Notes under the pieces: model-generated
Told to the model about the DNA's origin: nothing
Database searches by the model: none
Seen by the model: only the letters and a program-made list of their open reading frames with translations
Shown here: positions 15,708 to 27,922 of the stretch, piece after piece
How the letters are laid out: the number at the start of each line of letters is the position of its first letter
How positions within the stretch are numbered: the first letter of the stretch is position 1
Position numbers and translations under genes: made by a program
NCBI GenBank assembly: GCA_021613535.1
Contig: CP075494.1
Location: 7,564,001-7,628,000, forward strand
DNA: 64,000 nt
Direction of reading: 5' to 3'
Source of the DNA: Adineta vaga
Taxonomy: Eukaryota > Animalia > Rotifera

Positions 15708-17886
15708 TCATAAAATTGATGAGATATTCCACATCTAAAATAAAGAATAAGGTGAAATATGAAATATTGTTTTCAGCTATGCCATATGATCTACACTTTC
15801 GTACTTTTTATTGGAAAATTCATAATGATTAAAAGATCGATTCTTATGACAAGAATTATTCATCGAAATAAGAATAATCTAGCATACTCATCCAACTATC
15901 TTACTACTATGTCGATTACTTTGTTTGTTACTTACAGAGATCTAATAGTTATCTCTTCTATGAGTCTGTTATATTTATAATGTGTGCGATTCTGTGGTTT
16001 AAATAAATAAATATCTCATTATGAAGTATCTGACACTTTATAAAGAGGCATCTGTTTATTTGGACTAACAACTCTCTAGAAGATTCATAGAATAGATTGA
16101 TATGAAAACTATTTGATACTGATTAATGATAAACGAAAGAATTGGATAGATAGAATTTACAAAACGACCCCATGACATGAGAAAATATTGAGTTCGATGC
16201 TTCGGAATTTCCATTCCTAGATTATCTTAAAAATTTGTCACTCATTCTCGGATAATTAACATTGTGAAATATGATCTCTGGTGCTTTGATCGTCGAAATA
16301 TCAATGAATTTGAGTGCACACATGAAACCTACTTTGATTGTCCGATCAGTTCCAACGGTCATCATAATTTGTTTTGTTGAATTATAATCTGTTTTTATTG
16401 TTCCTTGACGTATATCATAAAAGGAAGCAAGTGGTGTCGTTCTATGTAAAATCAATAGATCATGATTAGAAAGTGTAGTATAAACGACAAATAAAAATAC
16501 TTACTCATGATTTTTCAGTGTTTTTACACAATCATTACAAATACGTTGAACAGTTTCATAACCCATGACTGGAATGGCTTTTCGTGTTTGTGAACATTTA
16601 TCACAAATAGCTCGGCCACATTTCCGACAATGATGCTAAAATAATCAACTCCGTATCTGTGTTGTTTTCAACATCATGATCATCTTACTTGTCTCAAGCC
16701 AAGTTGCTTTTGTGACCACATTGCACGAACATTCCAAAAAAATGGTAATTGACATATCTGACAATTATCACTTTCAAGCCATTTGGGTGTTTCGGAACGT
16801 TTAACATTCATTGGCCATATACCAATATGACCATCAGCTGAACATGTTATTAAAAGTTTACGTATTTTATCAAATGAGATTCCAACAAGACGATCCGTAT
16901 GACCGTTTAATTCAAGAGCAACACCTTGATGTGCACCTATATCCCAACAAACTACTGATGCATCATAACTACCGGAAAATAACCATTCAGCTTCTGGATC
17001 CCATAAAAGTGTTTGAACACTTCCTAAATAATATGTTCAAACCTTTTTTTTTATTAATAAAATTCAAAACTATTTCTTTCAGACCTGTATGACCAGATAA
17101 TGTTGTAATTAATTGACATTTATTATCTGGATTGATTTTCAGAAAGTGTATATTTCCATTTGCATCACCAACAAAACAATGTCGAGATAATTCATCCATT
17201 GCTAAAGATAATGCCCATGATGGTAAAAGATAATTTCCACGTGGACGTTGATGATTTTCATCATTCGGATTTGTTGAATACCAATTTAATTTCTTCTCTC
17301 GACAAACACTGATTAAAAGTTCTTTTTCAGGTGAAAAATGTAATGCATATATACGACTTTGATGATCCAAATAAGTACATTGAAGAGTTATTTTATTCAA
17401 ATCTTCTGATACAAGAAATTCCTAAAACAGAAAATTCATCCAAGTTTTTTATGTAATCTTAGAATGAGTTGAATATTACATGAAGAAGGCCAGTATCACA
17501 ACCACAAAAAAGACGACGTGATGTTTCATGATAGAAAAGTGTTGTTGGTGCACCTAAAAGTAAAAAAAACAAATTCGATACTATCTGTAAAAGATAATTA
17601 GTTCTGTCAAATTACTTTCTAATGTATAACAAACTGATGGCCAATATTTACCAGTTTGTCTTCGTATCCAAATACGTAATGTTCTAAACATACATGATAT
17701 ATATATTCTTTGGAAAAAAAGAGATAAACTACTATTGGGAAGTCTATACCTGTCATCAAGGGCACTTATTAGACCATCTTCTGTTGCTAATAGAATAGCA
17801 TCATTGATATTAACTTCAATATCGATTTTATTTAGAAGTTCAGGACGACGAATATTGCTAGTAGTTTCACTGACTGATGAAGCCAT
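15708..17886 (-). CDS. WDFY2: WD-repeat and FYVE domain protein (WDFY1/2), multi-exon; last exon MWNISSIL* follows a ~600 nt intron
   Basis: DRTLRIWIRRQTGKYWPSV; FYVE domain WLESDNCQIC..PFFWN..RQHHCRKCGRAICDKCS; MTVGTDRTIK|MWNIS. Confidence 0.9.
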
Positions 17887-18109
17887 CGACTTTTTTTCAT
17901 CAAATCTGATACCGTTTGATCAATGAACTCATACCGTACGTACGTCGTACGCGTTACGTGTTTACGACTCTCTCCGATTGGTTTGATTCGAAAATCAATC
18001 AGAACAGAACATAATGATTTTGTAGATGTCTACACTTGTTCTAAATGAACGATTGATGAACACATCTTTTTTGAGAAAAACTTTCGCAAAAGTTTCTCAT
18101 TCAATTCGT

Positions 18110-20002
18110 TTATTTCAAAAATAGTATGATGATCAATAGATTCAAGATAATTATTATATTAAACGAACTATTCATAATCGAAGAGTTTTCATTCAATAGA
18201 CTATCATCCTGTATAATATTTTCTAATGCTTGTTCAATATTAAAATAATCCATAGTTCGTACTCTTCGATCAATTGATTGTTTGACAAATTCTCTTGGAT
18301 GAATACTACTAACAGCATTGATATATATTTCATATACATTCAAATTCAAATATGCACTTGTTGGTAAATAATTAATTGATGAATTATCAATATTAAATTG
18401 ATTATGAAATGTAACAATAATATTCCATGGAAATGCTCCACCACCAGCATAACTTGAACTTTCAAATAGATCATTATCATAACCTCCACCAATACCATAG
18501 ATCATTCGAAAATTTGAAGCTAATTTTAATTTCGTTAAGAATAGACTACAAGCGCTTCCGCACGCTCCATCTGTTAAGACATAAATCGATTGAAAATAGT
18601 TTCTTCCCGTTTCATTTCGAATCCAAAATTGTCCTTGACCAAAGACCTCTCCATCACAATTAATCGACCATTTTCTTGAATATGTATCTGTTGAATTTCC
18701 TCTCGTATAATTTACATACGGTTGAATCCATTCAGTATCTGAATAAGATGAACCAGTTTGAAGATTGTATATTGAATTCGAATAAGCATTAAATACTTTT
18801 GAAAATGTTAATAATCGTTTTGTTGTTCTTGCATCTATCGGTTCATATAGACGATGAAGTGAAGAATATTCAGGTACTAAATAATTCAATATACCATAAG
18901 CTAAACAACTATGACCACCGTGATTTCCAATTAAATCAATTATTAATGTTTTTCTATTTGCTGTTAATAAAATTTGTTTTAAAATCGGATAAACATCTTC
19001 TTGAAATGATTCAATTCGGATGATTGTTGTATTGCTTGATTTATGATGATAACAATATGTATGATTATCACCCATGACAAAATCGAATTTCTCACTATTT
19101 TTCTGTTGTTCATACCAATTTAATTTTTCCAAGTTAAGTATATAATTAAAAACAATTCGTAATGGAAACGAAACTGATGAAGAAAATCGATTATCAATTT
19201 CTAAACTCATCTGATTGTCGAATTGCTTTTTAATGATAATTAAATAGGGAAATGTAACTTCACTTTCATCAGAAAAGGAAAATGTAATATTATTTTTCAA
19301 TGGCATTGGATATTCCGCTAAATTTCGTAGCCAGAATTCTTCTCGAAAGATGGAATTCAATTGAACAGTTTGATCTTTACTTATCAATGAATAATCCTTA
19401 GCAAATTGTTTGAGATATTCGAATGCATTGATACCATCGATTTTTGTTACAATTCGATCGGTATAATTCATAGGAAGATTATGGCCAAGAAGAGAAGAAT
19501 AGAGAGAAATAGTTCGTTGAATTTTAATTTGTTTTGTTGATGGTAAATATTCGAAAATAAATGGTAGTAAGAGATGAAATTGTGCATAACCATGTGGTGC
19601 GAAATATTTTGTATGATAATCTTTTAATTTTTTAAAACAAATTACAATTGATAGATGACAATCATAATCAGTTTTGTACATATTCATGTTGAATTGATGA
19701 AAAAGAGTTAATAAATCTTTCTGAAGATCAACAGACATATAATAGGGTGCATTACTTTCACGAACAATACTTAAAAAACTATAAAAATCAAGTGAATTGA
19801 ATAATTGTTTCATAGTTTCATTCATGATGGAAGTATTCGTCGGTATATTCTCAAAACATCGTCTTACTTGATCTATTGATGAATAAGACCATGATGAGGG
19901 AAGTGCAGGATTCGTTGAATTAAATGTGCATGGATCAAATTGATTAGCAGTCGATGTTTGATAGGATAGGAATAATATTAGAAAGACTAATCGTGTTCTC
20001 AT
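18110..20002 (-). CDS. Secreted, possibly GPI-anchored peptidase S41 family protein, intronless, 630 aa
   Basis: LIIDLIGNHGG and catalytic-Ser motif LTDGACGSACSLF, typical of fungal/protist S41 proteins. Also KLKDYHT, an N-terminal signal peptide and a hydrophobic C-terminal tail. Confidence 0.8.
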   Translation of the reverse strand: MRTRLVFLILFLSYQTSTANQFDPCTFNSTNPALPSSWSYSSIDQVRRCFENIPTNTSIMNETMKQLFNSLDFYSFLSIVRESNAPYYMSVDLQKDLLTLFHQFNMNMYKTDYDCHLSIVICFKKLKDYHTKYFAPHGYAQFHLLLPFIFEYLPSTKQIKIQRTISLYSSLLGHNLPMNYTDRIVTKIDGINAFEYLKQFAKDYSLISKDQTVQLNSIFREEFWLRNLAEYPMPLKNNITFSFSDESEVTFPYLIIIKKQFDNQMSLEIDNRFSSSVSFPLRIVFNYILNLEKLNWYEQQKNSEKFDFVMGDNHTYCYHHKSSNTTIIRIESFQEDVYPILKQILLTANRKTLIIDLIGNHGGHSCLAYGILNYLVPEYSSLHRLYEPIDARTTKRLLTFSKVFNAYSNSIYNLQTGSSYSDTEWIQPYVNYTRGNSTDTYSRKWSINCDGEVFGQGQFWIRNETGRNYFQSIYVLTDGACGSACSLFLTKLKLASNFRMIYGIGGGYDNDLFESSSYAGGGAFPWNIIVTFHNQFNIDNSSINYLPTSAYLNLNVYEIYINAVSSIHPREFVKQSIDRRVRTMDYFNIEQALENIIQDDSLLNENSSIMNSSFNIIIILNLLIIILFLK

Positions 20003-20439
20003 TATTTAACGAAGATTTTCGTATGGTTGTATTGAATTCAGTATTGCAAGTACATGTACTTATATTTCTTTACCGTTATTGATTGAAGTAATACTTAAGA
20101 TCATAGATTCTCCGACAAAAATGTAAAATAAAAGGTTACATTTACAAAAAAGCTCTATTTCACTTCATCATTGTTGATAAAAGAATAATCTTTCAGAGTT
20201 TTAGAAATGATTCACTCACTTCGTCACTAATCAAATACATATTAGTCAATGCACATCAAATTTTTATTTTCTTTCAGGTAAAAATCTTATTTGATAGCTG
20301 TCAAATGTTGATCCTAGTTTATTCATACACTCTCTATCATCTGTAGTATCGTTTAAACATAGTTAGTGAAATTTTTGATTGAGAAAATTATTTGAGTTAG
20401 TTTAATCTAAAAACAAAAAAAAACGAATACACTCATTTC

Positions 20440-22237
20440 CTATGTGCTACTTTCAATTTGTTGTTGAACAATTTTCCACAAAGCTCGTATATTTCCAGCA
20501 CCAAAACCAATTGCACCTCGTCGTTCAATCAATTCCAAAAAGAATGTATCATTATTAAAAATGGATTTAGTAAAAATTTGTAAAAGAATCCTATGAAAAT
20601 TATAATACAAAGATGTTTCTATATTCTATATTTTACCGTTGTTTTGCTGATGATTCGTCATCAGCACCATTTTCGTTATCTAATAATATTCCTAATACAG
20701 CAAGTTCATTTACATTTTCACCAGCTGCTTCAATCACGTGACCATTATTTTCCTTTATTATAACAGATTAACCATAGATTGATATTTTTGTATCGTTTAC
20801 ATACTTTTAGATAATAATCTTCACACGCTTGTAAAAATTGAGCACCATTGGCTTTCGTAATACGTACGGTATCTTTGATATTATTTATACAAGTAAATGC
20901 AATATGTTGAATACCAGCTTGATTTTGATGTTGAGCAATAAAAGTAGTTATTTGATCTCTTGATTCTAAAAAGGATATACAAAAAAAGATTTAAATAGTC
21001 CGAAATTGTCTGTCTCTATCACTGACTAGAATTACTATCAATCAAGGATTCACTAAAAACAAATTTCAAGTTCGAGAACGTATCGTTAATGCATGCAGTT
21101 TCCGCACATTTCCAATATTCACTAGCGAATAATCGCATACCCATTGTACCAACACGTACCGGAAATCCATGAAATGGATCGTCTTCTCTAAAACATTATC
21201 TTCTGTATCAATCTAATGTTAAATCAAATCTCACCGATTAACAGTACACCGTTTCATACCAAGTACTTTTTCATACCAATGTATACTTGATAATGCTGAT
21301 TGTTTTGGCATAGCAAATGCCACATGATCAATACCATTTATCAATAATTGATTTGAATCTTGTTCACGCGAAAGTGATAGAAGTTCAAAACCGGGTAAAA
21401 CATCTCCTAAATATTTTGACGTATCAATCAGTGTATGGATGACGTTTCCAATACATGATTTAATACAAGCATATTCTATTATTCCATATTTATCAATGGC
21501 TTGTCGGCGCGGTACAAGAACCTAAATGAAGCCAATCAAAAAGATTTATTTTTTTTTATCGCAAGTGTAAACCTTGCCTTACCCGAACTTCGCCAATAAA
21601 ACTTTCGCCAATGGCGAACGTCCTATTGGCGAAATTCGGGAATCGCTAAATTTTGATGCGTGCAACACTCAAACTCTTCTGGAGAATCAATTGCTAGCAT
21701 TGGGTGATGTAAATTTATATGACTCTTTCTGAATATAAGACTGCATATTTAGGTATTTGTCAATGAATTTTCTGTACAAGAGATCATAACGAGTTACTGG
21801 TACCAAAGCTCGGCATGAGAAGGTGATATTTAGTGTGATTTTCTCTCCAGAATCATCAGTCGATTATAACGACATTTTCTTACTTGTACATTCGCATTAT
21901 TATCCAAAATAGATTGAACGGATTTGACATGAAGAGCAACATTAAAAACAGTCTCACGATTCGCAATAAATTTACGAGTGACATCATTGTGCAGTATCGT
22001 AGTTAAAATATCATAATCTTCACCATTATGAATTATGATATCATCCAGATAATAATTCGACACTGATGAAATTAATAATTGACAATCATAAGATTTAAGA
22101 AACCATTGAGAATAATTCGACGTAGTACGTTTTGCAATTAGTTGAAAATTATATGTACGTGTAAAGAGATCGAGTAAACGATCTGGATGTTCAGTATGCA
22201 ATTCAATATGATGAAATCCATTAATTCTACTTGACAT
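20440..22237 (-). CDS. HPDL: 4-hydroxyphenylpyruvate dioxygenase-like protein, multi-exon
   Basis: GFHHIEL; iron-ligand motifs DHVAF, GIQHIAF and [23 protein letters not shown]. The C-terminus is HPDL-like. Stop TAG at 20440-20442. Confidence 0.82.
21582..21640. repeat. Nested inverted repeat inside the HPDL intron
   Basis: Outer arms cccgaacttcgccaata / tattggcgaaattcggg (17 bp, 1 mismatch) enclose the inner palindrome ttcgcca-a-tggcgaa. Confidence 0.85.
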
Positions 22238-24008
22238 TCCTTGTCGATATTATTTGTACTTTGCACTCTCTGTGATTACGAGTGCTTATATTTTCGTTGC
22301 AAAAAAAAACAGATGATGATTGTAATATAGAGAAAGGATATGTGATGACCTTGGTTACGTATTTGACCGTATTGCTTCGTATCACGCTTTTAATGTTTAG
22401 TGTGAAAATTTTTTCCATTCTTTCATTTTCTTTTCATTCTTAACAAATGAATCGAAGTTTTCTACTTGATATTTAAAAACCTTGAAAACTATTTTTAATT
22501 TAAGTGTATAAAAATGCAAGTGTACTGTCAAGTACAGTTGGAATATTTAACATGGTATGAAATGGTTATTGAAAATGTTTTTACATCACTCAATACACAT
22601 TTTGTTCTTCTACCAAATTTTGATGCATTTCTTTCGAGTCAGTATATCCTTTCTGCACTTCGCTCGTGATTCTAAAACTGTTATGTCAATGGACTCAAAA
22701 CTTCAATATAAATATTCGACTATTGGCAATATTTTACTATGTTCTTGTTTAATGATGAATTAAAAATACTCCAACAGTCAAAATGTATTGCACGTTTCAT
22801 AAAAGTAAAAACTTCAAATGTTTCTTCAGCGAAAAATTCTTCGATTCCGCATTGTTTACCTATTACCGAAAGAACAATAATACTATACGTGAATTTCTGA
22901 TTGATTTCTTCAAAATGAAAAGATAAACTGTTATTTTAAAACAATATTCACTTCTATTTATAATGACATTGTTTTTACTATATTTTCTTAATAAAACTAA
23001 TCAAATTCTATATGCTAAAAGCTTTTCATTAGAGAGAGTGTATAAAATCTATCTCTACGGAGACGAAAAAATTTCGACAAACATTTGTGTGACAAACTCC
23101 CAGTCGATGATGCCGAGTACAATGAAATGACGAGAAGAATGTTTTCATAAAAGCAAAGAAAAGAAAATATTCTGGATATTTTTTGAGATTATGATGAAAT
23201 TAGTTTTTCCTAGAAACAAACTTATTTTTTTGTCGTCATTTTGGTCACTAATCAATAAACAATGCATGATCAATAATTAGAGAATAGCATTCAAGCATCC
23301 GCAACTTCGCCATATTATTGTCTATTTCCTGTAAATACTAATTTTTTGCTTTTTGTTCGTTAGATTATTAATAACAAATAGTTCCATTTGCTTACACGAC
23401 AGTGTCAATGATGTATAAAACAACAATCTCCGATAACTATACAATAGCAATAATTTCTGCTTCTTCTCTTTGGCCATTCAAGCGAACTAATTATAAGATA
23501 ATCTATTACTTTTATACAATAGAATGCTTGACAATGTTTATATCTATTTTGAGAGATTTCATTTTCAATTATCATACTATCATTTCCTATTGAAAAAGAT
23601 CAACATCTGAATTTCTCGGAAATGAAAACATACGTGAGAACAAGCTATATGTTGCAATAAGAGAAGTAATACTGGGAGTTTATATCAGACGTGATGACGT
23701 ATAACTAAAGAAGAAGAAGAAGAAGAAAAAAATGCGAAAAACATAAGAAACAGCCGGGTATGTTTCTTCTTATTCTTTTTTCTCGTTCTGAAGCCTTGTG
23801 TATATATGTGGTGCGTGTGTGTACCTCATGATGACTGTTGCTACGATGATATTTCTTGTTTGAAACAGCAAAAACCAGTGGAAGAAAGAGCAAAAAAAAA
23901 GGTCAGTTAAGAAGAAATGTTTCTCATGTTGTTATTCTCATCAAATCATAGATTTTAAAGATCATAGTCTTTCGAAAAACGACTTAAAATGATATTATTT
24001 CGTTAAAC

Positions 24009-25143
24009 ATGCGTTTAACTACATTTCTTCGTTCTATTATTAATACGGCGACGGCGACAACTTCGCCTCTTTCACGAACAATTCCGGTTATAAGCAAATC
24101 TTCAAATACCGCAGGTAAATAAAAGAAATTTTTTTTTTCATCGTTCTATTAAGAAACCATGTGTTTTTAAGAACCAACATTAAGTTATTCGGATAGTGTA
24201 CTTGTTTTATCATTGGTTTTACCATCACGTCAAGAAACATGTCGATTTCATTTGAATTTACAAAGTGCAACTATTGGACAATTAATTGATGAAATTAAAC
24301 AAGAAGATGGTGGCGTTGAACACGTGCATATCTTCGATGAAAATGAACATGTCTTATCGAAATCGAATATGATCAATTCTTTAATGAATTCATCATTTAC
24401 TATTCAATTAAATAAACAAAAGACTTATCTTTTTGATGCCGTTAATAAATTACAAATCAAACAGAGTTCCATTGCTGCTCATACGAAGACGGAAGGACCA
24501 TCAATAGAAGATACTGTTGCAGCTCTTTATCATGCCCTAAATATAATGAAAGTTTATCATTCAAAATATCTTCAATTAAAAAATGAAGCGAATGAATTAA
24601 CAACTCAACTAGAACCTTTAGAAAAAGTAAATCAAATAAATAATTCTTTCCATCGATCTTTTATTTTCAATTTATATTTCATAGATAAAAGATCAATTAG
24701 CAAGTATCTCTCAACGTCATACCTCTCGATGTATATGGTATGGTTTAGCTGCCATGTCATTTCAAGTTGGTATTCTAGTCGAATTAACATGGTATGTGTA
24801 TTCATGGGATATTGTTGAACCAATATCTTATTTCATTGCTTATGGTACTGCTATGGCTTTCTATTCATTTCATTTAATGACACGTGCTGATTTTGAATAT
24901 ATGACAATGACTGATCGATTATTTTTACGTCGATTCTATCGTGAAGCTCGTCGACATGCATTTGATATCTCTCTATATAATCGTTTAAAGAATCGTCTTT
25001 TCATTGTGCATACCGATTTAGCACGTTTAAGAGCGCCATTAGCTTTATCGTTACCTGCACCACCTAATCCAATTAAATGTAAAATTAGTGGTGAAGAAAT
25101 CAGTCCATTAGATCTCTATCGTGCAAGTAGACGTGCTGTATAA
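24009..25143 (+). CDS. MCU: Mitochondrial calcium uniporter, 3 exons
   Basis: R/S/T-rich presequence MRLTTFLRS, then LPSRQETCRF and TM-WDIVEPISYF-TM selectivity filter. Confidence 0.92.
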
Positions 25144-25297
25144 TGATAGACAAACTGTGATTAAATTTTTTACAACAACAACCAGAAATGACTTTATTTT
25201 TCTTTTTCTTTGTCAATGTATACACTTTGTTTTCAGTTTTGACAAGTTGATAAAAAAAAAGAATAGAAGATAAAACTGTTGAATAAATCTCTCGATC

Positions 25298-26919
25298 TTA
25301 ATAGATTCCAGGCCAAACTTTCCATCGTACAAGTTGACAATATTTATCCCATGCAGTTCCATATTTAAGTCGACATTTTTGATCATCACGATGAGCACGA
25401 TGCATGAGTAAAATTAAAAGAAATGTAAAATAAATATATGGCAAAATATGATGAAAACCACATGGACATGACCAAAGAAAAGCTAAAGTTAATTCTGGAA
25501 TGTAATGAAAATGTCTTGATAAACTCCAATAGCCAGATGCAAGAAGAATACTTTCAGAATGTTTACCATTTAATAAGACATATTTTGCACGAATAATATG
25601 AACTGGTTTACCCCAAACTTTACATTGACCATTACTGGATCGAACATCAATTTTTTGTCGATCACAATCATAATTGATATAGATTGAAAGAAGACCAAAT
25701 GTAAGAATCAAAATTGTTAAGATTGGACCAAGTTTTATTGGATGAGTGACAAGATAATATGATGGTAATGTATATAGACCAGATACCCAAACAAGACAAC
25801 CCCAACAAAGATAAAAACCAGCTCGATCAACAATAATATCCATTGTTTTCATATAACCTAAAGACAAATTATTATCTTAAGTTTTCTATTCTTGTGGGTA
25901 AATCCTATTGTTGACTATTCATCTGTCAATACGATCTAACCTTCATCATAAAGATTTCTATCAGTCAACAAACAACATACATCTATTTTTCTTTTCGATA
26001 CGTCTGCTATTATCTTGATAACTATCTCCATTATCAAAAGCTTATAGACTGATGAGTAGAAATATATACCTGATTCCCACCAAAAGAATTTTGTTAAATA
26101 AATTAATGTTAATACACATGTTACTAATGCACTATCTGTATAACCATGAAGTTCAAATGTTTTCATACAAAAAATTGTTGATAAAAGTGCCCATGATAAC
26201 ATTCCATACCGACAATTCGTAATCAGTTTAATATCAACATTGAATACTCTTGGATAAAGTTCGACACCACGATAAAAATCTGTTAACCAATTCGATGATG
26301 ATCGATGATCATCTGTTGATGGCATATATTTTCCTTTGAACATAACAAGAAAACATAGAATAAATGCAAATGTACTAACAGTGGAAAGAAATTCTTCCCA
26401 ATGATCATAAATATATGTTGGAGAAAGATGATTCATTTTTAATACGATTGTTAATAATGTAAATAAACATAATGAAACTAGATAATATAAAAAACCATTA
26501 TTTCGATAGATTGGCACATGACCTGTATCTGTAATTGGTCCAGCATATTCTTCACCAGGTAAAATAATTGTCATTACAATAGCATAGATTAAAAATGAGA
26601 TGATAATCAATGCTGATGGCCAATGCCATTGAAAATAAAAGAATTGTTCTAAAACTTGTTTTAAGCTCATCGTTTGATCAAAAAATATTCGTGTGAAAAA
26701 TTCCATGATTGATCCATGGCAATGATCACAGATGAATACAATTGATCGAATAAAGAATGGACATGCAAAACATAAAGTTAATGGGAAAATTAATTCAGAC
26801 CAAAATTTATTATGACCTTGCCGAGCATGAAGTGATAATTTATGGATGGAATCAGTATAATTTGATGGTAGATCAGCTGCTTTTTTATATTGATATTTTT
26901 CTTCTTTACGTTTCGACAT
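25298..26919 (-). CDS. DHCR7: Sterol delta-7 reductase (7-dehydrocholesterol reductase), plant DWF5-type, 2 coding exons
   Basis: FYRGVELYPR, TNCRYGM, TKFFWWES|GYMKTMDIIVDRAGFYLCWGCLVW, SRHFHYIPE and HRAHRDDQKCRLKYG (ERG4/ERG24 family). Confidence 0.9.
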
Positions 26920-27922
26920 ATCTATGGAATTGTAACTGAAAATACAAGAGTTAAAAACGACCGAATGATTTGTTCTACTGGTTGACAGTCTATTTATACT
27001 CCAAATTCTCACTTGACTTTTGCCCGAAGATAAAAGAAGTGTAAAGAACAATAAAAGTACGGAAAGATTGAAAATGTCTATATCTTCTACAGAAAATCTA
27101 ATTAGAAAAAGAAAGAAAAAGGTGATCCATCAGAATTTTCTTCATTGGTGGAAAGAAAAACGGATGCGTTTTTTCTTCTTGGAATATAATTCTGCGTCAT
27201 GCCGAGAAAAAAAGATGATGATGATAATGATGAGAACGACTTATCATTATTATATTATGCTAAAGGAAAAAAGACTCGTAGTTTAAAAGATAAAAAATTG
27301 TCGCTTGAGAGGAGCTATAAATGAATGAATGAATAATAGAAGAGGAAATATTTCAATAACACTAAGAATCAATTCGATTGTCTTATTTAATAAAACTAAT
27401 ATGAATATACTTACATGTTCTATGAAAGATTATTTGATCGTCTTTGGAAATGACGCGTGAAGAAAAAAAGACAAGATCTTTTGAATTATGTTTTCTTGTT
27501 TTCCTCTATGTCGATTCTCTTTTCTTTTGCATTCGTCATTTATATTCTATTCTATCTATATACATTGGAACTGACGAAGCTATTTACGTTTTGTTTCCTT
27601 TGTTTTCATCGTCGATATATTAAGATCAGTTTTCATTCGGATGCTTCTTTTAAACTAACACGACATGCAAACAAGACAGAAAAACAAGATGAAGCATATT
27701 AACCCTCAATAAACGAAAATTAAATACATAAAAAGTAGCGTTTCTTTAGTTCACAATATGTGGAATGAAAGTATTATCGGTAGAAAAAAGACAAACAAGA
27801 AAAGAGATTCGACCAAGCGAATAAAAAATATTATATATATATATTGAGGGTACACTGTAGAGAAAGAAGACAAACGAAGAAAAGAAAATGCCATGTAAAA
27901 ATATATACAAATCGGAATTGGC

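Noticed and set aside
24805-24822. MCU filter reads WDIVEP rather than WDIMEP
   Set aside because: The critical D and E are retained; the substitution is conservative and probably ordinary.
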